From IMG/VR virus record IMGVR_UViG_3300011423_000013, positions 1 to 44,506 of that record: DNA of 44,506 nt; one strand, written 5' to 3'. Of this stretch, positions 18,973-27,185 are shown in pieces. Below the pieces are notes generated by a model that saw only the letters and a list, made by a program, of their open reading frames with translations, did no database searches and was not told the origin of the DNA. Source of the DNA: a virus (lineage: Duplodnaviria; Caudoviricetes). Every line of letters begins with the position of its first letter. Positions within the stretch are counted from its first letter, which is position 1. The translations under genes were made by a program, and so were the position numbers.

Positions 18973-19152
18973 TCAAATCTTGATTGCGATGGCGAAGAGC
19001 GCCACCGTAACGCAGAGAACGATGAACCCCCCCATGAGGGGGCGGGCTTGCCGCTCAGGGCGGCAGCCCGAGTATGCGTAGTTAACGCCCTTGGATACCC
19101 GGCTGAACCGGGCGACCGTCGAATTATGCCCTGCGGGCAACGATACTCTCAT
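18973..19152 (-). CDS. Small membrane-anchored protein (59 aa, not in the ORF track)
   Basis: GGAG RBS downstream of the promoter at 19195-19202; C-terminal hydrophobic FIVLCVTVALFAIAIKI. Confidence 0.55.
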   Translation of the reverse strand: MRVSLPAGHNSTVARFSRVSKGVNYAYSGCRPERQARPLMGGFIVLCVTVALFAIAIKI

Positions 19153-19194
19153 CTGATCTCCTACTATTTACTTCCCGTTTCCGGGGCCTAGGCT

Positions 19195-19202
19195 CTATTA
19201 TA
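19195..19202 (-). promoter_or_regulatory. TATAATAG promoter motif
   Basis: One of 12 copies seen; upstream of the exported-protein operon. Confidence 0.7.
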
Positions 19203-19208
19203 GGGACT

Positions 19209-19520
19209 TTATCGGTGCTCGTAGGGTTTATTCTCTGTAGAGTAGCTTTCCGGCCCTAGGGTAGCTACTGGGGGAACCACCTTGCGGACGATGGAGTCAA
19301 TCCGGTTCAGTTGGTCCACGGTCAGCTCAGTGTAGGCCAGCCACATACACGCGTAGTCGATGACCTTGATCAGGTCCTCCTGAAGCTGGCCCTTATGCTC
19401 GGCCCGCTCTGCGTACTTGGTGATGTTTCCCGCGTACCAGTTCAGCTTCAGCCGGATCGCCCGCCGGTGGTGCTCTTCCCCCGGCACCGTTTTGTAGTGT
19501 GCGCCTTGTATTTCAGCCAT
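19209..19520 (-). CDS. DUF3310-like nucleotide-modification-associated protein
   Basis: GAHYK...GNITKYAERAEHKG..EDLIKVIDY pattern. Confidence 0.7.
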   Translation of the reverse strand: MAEIQGAHYKTVPGEEHHRRAIRLKLNWYAGNITKYAERAEHKGQLQEDLIKVIDYACMWLAYTELTVDQLNRIDSIVRKVVPPVATLGPESYSTENKPYEHR

Positions 19521-19986
19521 GGTATTCCTTGAAGAGTTGTACGGCCTTGTCGTTCGGATGTCCTATACGGTTGAGGGCGTCCCGTGCTGTAGCAACCACC
19601 TTCTGCATGGTCTGGTTACCCAGCCATGTCTCGCGGCGGGCGAACAGGAAACACTCGAACATATCTGCCCACTTCAGGATATGCTGCTCTTCCGAGTTGA
19701 GGCCCTGACACAGGCCATACTCGAAGTTGAACGCTTCCTCCGCGTCCTCAGAGGCAGACTTGAGGTTGTAGTTGTCCCGCTTCGCGGTGTAGGGGATGTC
19801 CCCTGTTCGGCCCTCGGCCAGGTCGTGGGTCAGGGCCGCCATTAGCAGCTGATACCCCTGGGGGTATATCTCGTTGACGATCATAGCTACACCCCACTGG
19901 TGGTCGGCCAGGGTCTGGGTCTGGAGCGTGATCTGGGTGTGATACCGCTTCACCTGCCCAGCGTCGTATTTAATCCTGAAGTTCAT
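19513..19986 (-). CDS. HD-domain 5'-deoxynucleotidase (YfbR-like)
   Basis: VKRYH, QTLADHQW, ALTHDLAEGRTGDIP and KWADMFE. Confidence 0.85.
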   Translation of the reverse strand: MNFRIKYDAGQVKRYHTQITLQTQTLADHQWGVAMIVNEIYPQGYQLLMAALTHDLAEGRTGDIPYTAKRDNYNLKSASEDAEEAFNFEYGLCQGLNSEEQHILKWADMFECFLFARRETWLGNQTMQKVVATARDALNRIGHPNDKAVQLFKEYHG

Positions 19987-20968
19987 ATGCGTCTTCCCAT
20001 TTGCGGCGTTCCAGCCATTGCTTACAAGCTGTCCGTACTTCCAGGTCAGCGATGTCGTTACAGGCCTCCAGGGCCTGAATGCGCCGCTTGTTCTTGTAGA
20101 ACCTGTACGCCGTCAGCATAGGCCTGAGGACGAGCAGGATGTAGGGGTTGGTATAGTCCCCCCAGTCTGGGGTGCCCATCCATTGGACTATCTCTTCCAG
20201 GTCCGACTGCGAGTTACCGAAGCGCACGATGGATACGTGGGTGGCTGACATTTCCTCGCTGTAGTAGGGAGGTTCCTCAATCTCTTCCATGAGATCAAAG
20301 TGTCGCTCGTAGATGTGGAAGTTGTTACTGAACTGGGTGTAGTGGCCTACATCGACCCCGAGGGAGTCAGCGATAAACTCCTGGAGCATCGACATGTGAA
20401 CCACGTTGGCCCCGTAGGCCCCCCAGATCATGTCGTTACTACGGTTGGTCACCGTCATGTTCAGGAAGCCGTTAACCAGCTCGAAGTACACCGCCGTATT
20501 ACAGGGGATGTCCTTGCTCGGCGGATGGGAGACCAGGGGCTGGTCTGTCTCCGGGTCGAACATCTGTATCACGGCCCTACGGGAGTTGGGGTCATGCCTG
20601 AGGTGATTAATGACCCAGACCAGCTGGTCTCGGCCAAAGTGTTTCCTCCAGCGATGGCCGTATGCCCCCCGGAGGGTAACGCCATCGTCTGAGAACTGGA
20701 CGATGTTCGTATTGAACGCCATAATCCAGCCCACGTCGTCGCGCCCCGCTAGCATCCACACCCCTTCAAAGATGTGGAAGAAGGGATTGGCGTCCCGCTT
20801 AGGGTCAAGCAGCATACGCTCCTTGGGACACCGGTAGGTCGTTGCCACCGGCCCGAGGATACGCCTGACCCTGCCATTTCTTGAGTTCTGTTCGACCCCG
20901 ATGACCCGCATGCGCCAGAGCGCCTCCGGGTACACGTGGTTGACGTTACGACCCGCTATGTCTATCAT
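19970..20968 (-). CDS. Thymidylate-synthase-family dUMP hydroxymethylase
   Basis: SRRAVI, KDIPCN (catalytic Cys), RSNDMIWGAYGAN (Asn indicates dUMP specificity) and NFHIY; clustered with the 5hmdU kinase. Confidence 0.85.
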   Translation of the reverse strand: MIDIAGRNVNHVYPEALWRMRVIGVEQNSRNGRVRRILGPVATTYRCPKERMLLDPKRDANPFFHIFEGVWMLAGRDDVGWIMAFNTNIVQFSDDGVTLRGAYGHRWRKHFGRDQLVWVINHLRHDPNSRRAVIQMFDPETDQPLVSHPPSKDIPCNTAVYFELVNGFLNMTVTNRSNDMIWGAYGANVVHMSMLQEFIADSLGVDVGHYTQFSNNFHIYERHFDLMEEIEEPPYYSEEMSATHVSIVRFGNSQSDLEEIVQWMGTPDWGDYTNPYILLVLRPMLTAYRFYKNKRRIQALEACNDIADLEVRTACKQWLERRKWEDAYELQD

Positions 20969-21218
20969 TGAATACCTTTAAGTGTTCGTTGAGTTCCGCC
21001 TTCACTTTGCGTGCTGTCCCCCCGCGCCACTGGTGAAGAGCATTCAGTGCGCGGGCTACCACCATGTCCCCCCATTCTAGGCCATATCTGTCCTCGCATG
21101 TACGCATGGTCAGCATAGCCTCGACGTAGGGCATCGATTGGATACGGTAAAAGGCCGAGCTGGGGGACTCTTTCCAGTCCACCAGTATCTCGGCCGCAAG
21201 TTGGTTTAGGGGTTTCAT
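20946..21218 (-). CDS. Conserved phage hypothetical protein
   Basis: AGGA RBS after a promoter; PYVEAM and WRGGTARKVKAEL motifs. Confidence 0.65.
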   Translation of the reverse strand: MKPLNQLAAEILVDWKESPSSAFYRIQSMPYVEAMLTMRTCEDRYGLEWGDMVVARALNALHQWRGGTARKVKAELNEHLKVFNDRHSGS

Positions 21219-21237
21219 TGTCCTTCCTAGGTAAACC

Positions 21238-21245
21238 CTATTATA
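21238..21245 (-). promoter_or_regulatory. TATAATAG promoter motif
   Basis: Intergenic, 20 nt upstream of the ATG at 21218. Confidence 0.7.
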
Positions 21246-21247
21246 AC

Positions 21248-21820
21248 CTAGTCAGGGCGGTAATTAGATGCCATCCAACCCCTCCAGTGGACGACTCCTG
21301 AGGGCAGGAGAGGGTGGAATGTACCTATGGGAGGTCGGGGGTTATTCTGCCTGTCCCACTCCAGGTTCTCTACTACAACCTTGTCCTCGGCGGCGGTCTC
21401 CATGTACGCCTCTATGGCAGCGTGGGCTAGTCGCAGGTTCTCTGTAGTGGCGAAGAACTCCAATGTCTGGGTGGTCTCGTGCTTCAGGCTCGACTTCACG
21501 TACATGCCAGGGTAGTTCTCGAACATGTCGTAGGGGTAGGAGCAGAGCCACTTGGCCCCATAGTCTGGGAAGTAGCCCCCGGAGTGCTCCATCCACAGCC
21601 TGTAGTACTCCAGGTAAGCACCCTGCTTCTCGGTGGGGGCGTTGAAGGCCACCTCCTGGAGGCTACTGGCGGTGGTGTAGGTGATTCGCGCTGTAGCGGT
21701 ATCGACCCAAGAATTGAGGCCCCTATGGATGGGGGCTATATGGTTCAGGTCCATATAGGTCATCATAAAGACCTCCTTGGAGCAATCCATCTTAGCGATG
21801 ATCTTGCGTATGTGCTTCAT
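21248..21820 (-). CDS. Hypothetical protein in the DNA-modification cluster (190 aa)
   Basis: ATG (MKHIRK) overlaps the kinase stop codon; no motif recognised. Confidence 0.6.
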   Translation of the reverse strand: MKHIRKIIAKMDCSKEVFMMTYMDLNHIAPIHRGLNSWVDTATARITYTTASSLQEVAFNAPTEKQGAYLEYYRLWMEHSGGYFPDYGAKWLCSYPYDMFENYPGMYVKSSLKHETTQTLEFFATTENLRLAHAAIEAYMETAAEDKVVVENLEWDRQNNPRPPIGTFHPLLPSGVVHWRGWMASNYRPD

Positions 21821-22653
21821 ACCTGGTACTTGTTCTTGAGCCGTTCGTCGAAGTGCTTGGCCCGAACGTACTTGCTCAGTTCGCAGAGGCAGTTCTGGGT
21901 GTTCTGGGCGCAGAGGGCCAGGCCTACGTTCTTCAGGATGTGCTCCCTGATCACGTTGACCTCCGCGATGAAGTTGGGGACCGGTATGGTCATCGTGCGG
22001 GGTCGCTCGTGGATGAAGTTGAGACCCATCTGCGAGCCGGGGCCAGGAGCACACCACGAGTACCAGTCACTGGCCTGGGAGAGGTGGTCCGTATGCTTCA
22101 GGTCGGCTATGACCTGGGCCACGAGGAAGGTTCCCATACCGGGCGTAGCCAGGGTCCCCGCCGCGAAGCTGAGCATGGCTGGCCTGGCCCCAATGAACCT
22201 ACGGCACATGTACGCAGCCCCGTCCAGGACGCGGGCGATGATCACCTGCTTGGTCTCCCCGCCAGCGGAGTAGCCGCCCGTCACCATGTAGGCCCCGGTC
22301 CAGGACTTGAGCCCCTTCTCCTTGCGCTTGTCGAAGGTCTCAATGAAGTGCTGGCGGTAGTCCGGTGTCCACCCCTTATGCGGGTAGCCCAGTTCCTCCA
22401 GAGTCTCCGGCCAGTTGACCAGGCGGGCTATACACATGGCGATGGGCAGATTCTCGTCCGACAGGCCGTGGGGCATGTAGTTGTTATGGATCCACCGCGT
22501 GACCTTGTCATGCTCGCGGCGGACGTTACACCACCTGTTCCCCGCCATGATTGGGTCCTCAGACCACGGCGGGTCCCACTGATCGTTCTCCTTGCGCCGC
22601 CGTATGGCCTCGCGCTCGTTGATCCAGTAGTATAGATCGTTGAGGTACTTCAC
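21817..22653 (-). CDS. 5-hydroxymethyluracil DNA kinase (aGPT-Pplase1 family)
   Basis: YWINEREAIR...PPWSEDPIM...CNVRREHDKVT, ARLVNWP, GAYMV, FLVAQVIADL, APGPGS and QNCLCELSKY. GTG start overlaps the upstream stop. Confidence 0.85.
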   Translation of the reverse strand: MKYLNDLYYWINEREAIRRRKENDQWDPPWSEDPIMAGNRWCNVRREHDKVTRWIHNNYMPHGLSDENLPIAMCIARLVNWPETLEELGYPHKGWTPDYRQHFIETFDKRKEKGLKSWTGAYMVTGGYSAGGETKQVIIARVLDGAAYMCRRFIGARPAMLSFAAGTLATPGMGTFLVAQVIADLKHTDHLSQASDWYSWCAPGPGSQMGLNFIHERPRTMTIPVPNFIAEVNVIREHILKNVGLALCAQNTQNCLCELSKYVRAKHFDERLKNKYQV

Positions 22654-22760
22654 TTGGGTTCCTTGAAGTTCCTCACGAACATCCAGCAGATGCCGATGAT
22701 GGTTGCGCAAGGCAAGCCAATCACGAGGCCCAAGGCGATAAGGATTTCAGTGTTGCTCAT
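22650..22760 (-). CDS. Small membrane protein (36 aa, not in the ORF track)
   Basis: MSNTEILIALGLVIGLPCATIIGICWMFVRNFKEPK; translationally coupled at both ends. Confidence 0.55.
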   Translation of the reverse strand: MSNTEILIALGLVIGLPCATIIGICWMFVRNFKEPK

Positions 22761-22975
22761 AGCTCATACTCCCATTTCAATGCGTCTTCCAAGGAAGTCG
22801 CGGTTACACGCCCGTCATCGGGGAAAACTTTGACGTAGTAAGTGAAGTTGTTCTTCTTGCGGTAGCGGACGAACCAGCCCGCGGCAATGAGCTCGTCCAG
22901 CATGGCCTGCTCGTATTGGAGCTTGGCCCCCCGGATATGGTTGTAGCCCATAGAGGACATGGGGGTGACGTTCAC
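22757..22975 (-). CDS. Hypothetical protein
   Basis: 4-nt overlaps with both neighbours. Confidence 0.55.
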   Translation of the reverse strand: MNVTPMSSMGYNHIRGAKLQYEQAMLDELIAAGWFVRYRKKNNFTYYVKVFPDDGRVTATSLEDALKWEYEL

Positions 22976-23508
22976 AGTAGCTCCAGGAGTTGGGGGGCCA
23001 TAGGTTTGTCGTGCTTCAGGACTACCACGGTATGCGTACCGCCCTCCAGCTTCCGGCGAAGGGCATCGATGGTAGAGTGCTTGTCCTTGGTAAGCTCGGG
23101 GTTGAACTTATTGTTCTTGCCGCTGACCGCCCTGCGGGCTACCACCCGGTCCAGGCAGATGTCGATAGGGGTGTCGAGGAAGGCATAGATGTAGTCCTTC
23201 CCATACTGTACAGAGTGGGCCCCCATCCGCCCGTAGTAGGTGGACTGGAGCAACCCCTCGAATACGACATGGCCCAAGACGGCATACTTGTCGATGAGCT
23301 TCATGACCGTGTCGGCGCTATCTAGCACGTCCACCCCTCCGCACTTGTTCTCGTAAGAGCCCAGCGTGAAGATGTCGTTGTCGAGGCGGTAAGCCTCAAT
23401 CTTGCCGTTCATCCCAATGATGGGCATCGGCTTACTGAACATGAGCTCCCGGACAGCGGTGGTCTTACCCGAGCCCGAGCAGCCGTGTATCTTGATTATC
23501 TTACTCAC
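22972..23508 (-). CDS. P-loop nucleotide kinase associated with base modification
   Basis: IIKIHGCSGSGKTT Walker A, CGGVD, VVFEGLL and LDTPIDICLDRV..RR; GGAGG RBS before GTG at 23508. Confidence 0.8.
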   Translation of the reverse strand: MSKIIKIHGCSGSGKTTAVRELMFSKPMPIIGMNGKIEAYRLDNDIFTLGSYENKCGGVDVLDSADTVMKLIDKYAVLGHVVFEGLLQSTYYGRMGAHSVQYGKDYIYAFLDTPIDICLDRVVARRAVSGKNNKFNPELTKDKHSTIDALRRKLEGGTHTVVVLKHDKPMAPQLLELL

Positions 23509-24092
23509 CTTACCTCCATTAAGTAGTAACAGGAACCCAACCCCATACGGCTGTCGATCAGCTTGAAGCCGTATACATGCTTCATATAGTCCGCGAACAC
23601 GGCTCTGTAGTTGAGCTTGTTTACCGGCTGGCCGCACATGTCCCGGTACAGCTTGAGCTGGTTCGGTAGGTGGCACCAGTAGGCCCCATACTCCTGCATG
23701 AGTATGTACTTCGCGTGCGAGTCGGCTATCTGCGATAGCAGCCGTAGCCAGGTCTGTTCCTTGGCCATGGCGTTGAGGGTGCCCTTATGGGGGTCTATCA
23801 CCGCCAGGTCTTCAAAGAATGTCGTGTCGAAGGCGTTGTCCCAGATGACCTCGGCCCAGGGTGCGTTCTTGCGGAACTCCTGTACGCAGTCGTGGTCCAA
23901 CTCGATAGCGGTCCACGAGACAGGCTCTAGGATCGGCTGCAGGGCGTTGGCTAGGGTCCCGACGCCCCCGAATAGGTCGGTCACTGCGAGGCCCTTAGGC
24001 AGCGCCGTAGCAAGCTCGCAAAAGATGTCCACGTACTTGGCTACGGGTTTATCCGCGTAGTTGAAGGGATGGCCGTAGCCGTACTCACTCAT
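23505..24092 (-). CDS. Class I SAM-dependent methyltransferase-like protein
   Basis: VTDLFGGVG (motif I), AIELD (motif II), WDNAF and AVIDP; start MSEYGY at 24092. Confidence 0.7.
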   Translation of the reverse strand: MSEYGYGHPFNYADKPVAKYVDIFCELATALPKGLAVTDLFGGVGTLANALQPILEPVSWTAIELDHDCVQEFRKNAPWAEVIWDNAFDTTFFEDLAVIDPHKGTLNAMAKEQTWLRLLSQIADSHAKYILMQEYGAYWCHLPNQLKLYRDMCGQPVNKLNYRAVFADYMKHVYGFKLIDSRMGLGSCYYLMEVR

Positions 24093-24501
24093 ATTTGATG
24101 TCCTTGGCGAAATCAGGATCGGTCCAGCCGGACTCGGGGACAGCGTCTGGCATCCCTTCGTACAGCTCGAGCATTGAGGCAATATAGGGTTTGAAGCCGA
24201 ACCTGCGTTCGTACTCCGTACAGAGGTCCACTGCGTAGTAGTACAGCCACCCATAGTGCTCGTGGGAGTCCATGGCCCACTTGACCCAGGGGTGGTTAAG
24301 GTCCACCGGGGCAAAGGTTGCCTTCCCTCCGATGGAGCAGCAAGTGGCGGTGTCCCATTTGAACACCTTGGGTTGGAGAAGATGCCACACCGCGGATAGA
24401 TGTACAGCGGCTCGGATCGGGCCGTTGATGATCCAGTCGTCGGATAGACCCTCAACCAGTTCCTGGGTTTTCTCCCCAGGGTAGAGAAGGTCGAGGCTCA
24501 T
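24085..24501 (-). CDS. Pyrimidine-dimer glycosylase (DenV)-like protein
   Basis: NHPWVKWAMDS..HYGWLYYYAVDLCTEYERRFG motif. Confidence 0.6.
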   Translation of the reverse strand: MSLDLLYPGEKTQELVEGLSDDWIINGPIRAAVHLSAVWHLLQPKVFKWDTATCCSIGGKATFAPVDLNHPWVKWAMDSHEHYGWLYYYAVDLCTEYERRFGFKPYIASMLELYEGMPDAVPESGWTDPDFAKDIKYE

Positions 24502-24725
24502 TACCAGAGCACCACGCGATCAGCCCGCGCAATCGCGTCTTCCCGGTTCATATGAACACCGGGCAGGGTCCAGCGGGAGCTATCCAGGTCATCCCGAAGC
24601 TCCAGCCAGTACATACCGATCAGGGTATTAAAGTACACCTTCACAGTAATCGGACGCTGGAACCGTTCCCCGACTTTACGAGCATGAACGACCTCATCGT
24701 GTTCTTCAATCTTAGCGGTAGCCAT
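24501..24725 (-). CDS. Hypothetical protein
   Basis: GGAG RBS after a promoter; TAATG coupling to the next gene. Confidence 0.6.
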   Translation of the reverse strand: MATAKIEEHDEVVHARKVGERFQRPITVKVYFNTLIGMYWLELRDDLDSSRWTLPGVHMNREDAIARADRVVLW

Positions 24726-24749
24726 CTATCTCTCCTAGTAGTGAAGCCT

Positions 24750-24757
24750 CTATTATA
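24750..24757 (-). promoter_or_regulatory. TATAATAG promoter motif
   Basis: Intergenic; heads the modification operon. Confidence 0.7.
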
Positions 24758-24762
24758 GGCGA

Positions 24763-26130
24763 CTATTCCCTGGGGACTATACGTTTTATTGCGTTGTTCA
24801 GGAGATTTTGCGTGCGGTCTTTCCCAGCTAGGGCAGCCACTACATCCTCGTCCTTCGTGTTCTCGGCTACGAGGTGGTGTACTGAGACTACGGGTGACGT
24901 CTGCCCCTGGCGCCAGATACGGGCGATGGCTTGCTGGTACAACTCTAGGTCCCAGGTTATACCAAACCAGCATATGTCCTTACACGCCTCTTGTAGGTTC
25001 AGGCCGTGGCCCATGGACCGGGGATGCCCTATCAGGAGTGGTATCCGCCCGGCATTGAACTCGTTGATAACATAGGCTACGTTCTTGACCTGGCCGATGT
25101 TCACTGCCCCAGGGAACTCCTTCATGATCCGCTCACCGTCATCGATGAACTCGTAACAGACCAGGAGGGGCCTGCCTTGCATTTCCTCAATAAGCTCCCG
25201 CAGGGCTTCAACCTTCTCATCGTGGAGCCGATGGGCAGTATGGAACTCGTCGTACAGGAAACCGTTGGCCACCTGGCGTAGCTTCGTCCCCAGGGCGGCG
25301 GTATTGAATACCGCCACGGTCTGCTCGCTCAGCTCTAGCAAGAATGTACGCTCTAGCTCCTTGTACTGGGCATAGGCCTGGGGAGGCAGCTTGATCGGGA
25401 TGTAGTTGTTAATGAGCTCCGGCATGTCGAGGTGGTCCTTGGCCATGAGGCGCAAGAGCTTCCCCGACACCTTATCGTAGATGTCCGTAGCCGAGTTAGG
25501 GGCCATGAGCCAGGTAAACCCATCGTGGGACTGGTACATATACCGCTGGCGGAAGTGCGTAATGTACTTGCCGAGGGCGACCCCCATGTCGCATACGTAC
25601 ATCTGGCCGAATAGGTCCGCCAGCCCGTTAGGTGCCGGCGTACCCGTCAGGATGACCCGGCGCTTGAAGCGGTGGAGTTCCTTCTTCAGGGCCTTAAACC
25701 TCTGAGTCTGGCTATCCTTGAACTTCGTACTCTCATCGATGACGAGCATGTCGAGGTCCACCCACTTCCAGGGGTCCAACTCCAGTAGCCGGGTCAGGGA
25801 CTCCGGGTTGATCACGTATACATCGTAGCCCCTACGGAGCATGTCCACTCTGGTCTCCCGGTCCATCTCAGTAAGGTCGCAGATCGTGAGGTGGTTGAAG
25901 TCCTCCCACTTCTGCGCCTCGACCGGCCAGACCGTCTTTGCCACCCGGAGGGGGGCCACTACCAGCGCGTGGTGGATGTAGTTGTCCTCCTTCAGGAAGG
26001 TAATCGCCGCCAGGGTGGCCGATGTCTTTCCCAGGCCGGGATCGAGCAGAAGCCCGCTATGGGGCTTCTCCATGAGCCACTTGAGGGCTACCTCCTGGTA
26101 GGGCCTAGGATTCCAGGGGACCGCGTTCAT
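24763..26130 (-). CDS. SNF2-family (SF2) helicase
   Basis: PRPYQ, DPGLGKT, VIDESTKFK, LTGTPAPN, GHGLNLQ and ARIWRQGQ. Confidence 0.92.
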   Translation of the reverse strand: MNAVPWNPRPYQEVALKWLMEKPHSGLLLDPGLGKTSATLAAITFLKEDNYIHHALVVAPLRVAKTVWPVEAQKWEDFNHLTICDLTEMDRETRVDMLRRGYDVYVINPESLTRLLELDPWKWVDLDMLVIDESTKFKDSQTQRFKALKKELHRFKRRVILTGTPAPNGLADLFGQMYVCDMGVALGKYITHFRQRYMYQSHDGFTWLMAPNSATDIYDKVSGKLLRLMAKDHLDMPELINNYIPIKLPPQAYAQYKELERTFLLELSEQTVAVFNTAALGTKLRQVANGFLYDEFHTAHRLHDEKVEALRELIEEMQGRPLLVCYEFIDDGERIMKEFPGAVNIGQVKNVAYVINEFNAGRIPLLIGHPRSMGHGLNLQEACKDICWFGITWDLELYQQAIARIWRQGQTSPVVSVHHLVAENTKDEDVVAALAGKDRTQNLLNNAIKRIVPRE

Positions 26131-26899
26131 ATTGACTCCAGTCTTGCTTCGGGGGTAGGTACTGGAGCAGGTCCGGGTACTGGGCCAGCTGCCGGTATTT
26201 AGAGTCAACGTCGTCACCAATGGTATGCGTCTTGGTGATGAAGTACCCCTTCATCATACAGAGAATGGTCTCTGCCTCGGGGTAGGAGCATGGGCGGTCG
26301 CCGCCCGGAGGGGCAGGGAACTTCCTCACGTAGTCAGTGACTATCTCCATGGCGTCATGGAAGTGTAGCTCTGGCCAGATGATCTTGGCGCATTTGCGCG
26401 GGTCGTCGGGGCAGTGCTTTACCGCCTCGGATAGGGTAATGTGGATGGGTCGGCCCCAGACACGATCCTGGAGGTCCATGACCTTCCATACGAAGTATGG
26501 GCCGAAGCCGCACCCTTGGAACTTGTGCTTGAACTTATCCACCAGAGCGGTGTAGTTGAATGCGTACATTTGCTCCCAGATGTCCATCGGAGTACCGCGC
26601 TCACGTAGATTACGCAGGAATACCAGGCCCTTATCACCCCTGCTATGCCGACGCTCGGTGCCCCTCTGGAAGATGGGGTAATTCGCTATCGTGTAGTCCC
26701 AGAAGGTTCTCTGAGTCGAGCACCGCGCCGCCTTCACTGCCTCGCCTAGGTCATAGAAGCAGAGGTAGTGGATGGCGAACTTGGTCGCCCAGTCGTCGCC
26801 GTTCGCCTTACGTGCGTTGTACAGGAAGACGTAGGACGGATCAAGGTCGTTAGTCTCGATGGTTATCTTGGCGAAGTCGCGCCAGTTGGTTACTCTCAT
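26105..26899 (-). CDS. Amino acid:DNA transferase (aGPT-Pplase2 family)
   Basis: TNDLDPSY, YLCFYDLG, RGTERRHSRG, GFGPYFVWKVMDLQDR and EAETILC. Confidence 0.8.
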   Translation of the reverse strand: MRVTNWRDFAKITIETNDLDPSYVFLYNARKANGDDWATKFAIHYLCFYDLGEAVKAARCSTQRTFWDYTIANYPIFQRGTERRHSRGDKGLVFLRNLRERGTPMDIWEQMYAFNYTALVDKFKHKFQGCGFGPYFVWKVMDLQDRVWGRPIHITLSEAVKHCPDDPRKCAKIIWPELHFHDAMEIVTDYVRKFPAPPGGDRPCSYPEAETILCMMKGYFITKTHTIGDDVDSKYRQLAQYPDLLQYLPPKQDWSQYERGPLES

Positions 26900-27185
26900 T
26901 GTCTATCAGCCCTTTCCATAGGTCTAATGCTCTCTTGCCTTCGTTGATGTCGTCAACTACCCATACGCTAAACCCGCAATGGTTCAGCTGCTTATGGACG
27001 TAGCTTTGTAGGGGCTCAGGCTTCTCACCGGGTCTCTTGTACTCAATGAATACCATCCGACCCTTGTAGCCGTAACCGTAGTCTGGCCACCCCTTCCTCC
27101 CTACTACGTTAATTCTAACCGGAATCATCCCGATGGAAGATGCGTACAGAGTAACTTTCTCCTGTATCTCAGACTCCTGCTTCAC
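26850..27185 (-). CDS. VRR-NUC family nuclease
   Basis: ESEIQ, GWPD, FIEYKRPG.KP.PLQ and GFSVWVVD. Confidence 0.85.
   Translation of the reverse strand: MKQESEIQEKVTLYASSIGMIPVRINVVGRKGWPDYGYGYKGRMVFIEYKRPGEKPEPLQSYVHKQLNHCGFSVWVVDDINEGKRALDLWKGLIDNESNQLARLRQDNHRD

Noticed and set aside
19970-20968. Ordinary thymidylate synthase or dCMP hydroxymethylase
   Set aside because: Asn in GAN points to dUMP rather than dCMP, and the neighbouring 5hmdU kinase and transferase favour hydroxymethylation. Plain ThyA activity is not excluded without an assay.
21248-26220. Long N-terminal extensions in the ORF track (to 22057, 22710, 23676, 24455, 26220; also starts at 37407 and 37663)
   Set aside because: They overlap upstream genes extensively. 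Internal starts with an RBS or stop-start coupling fit better.
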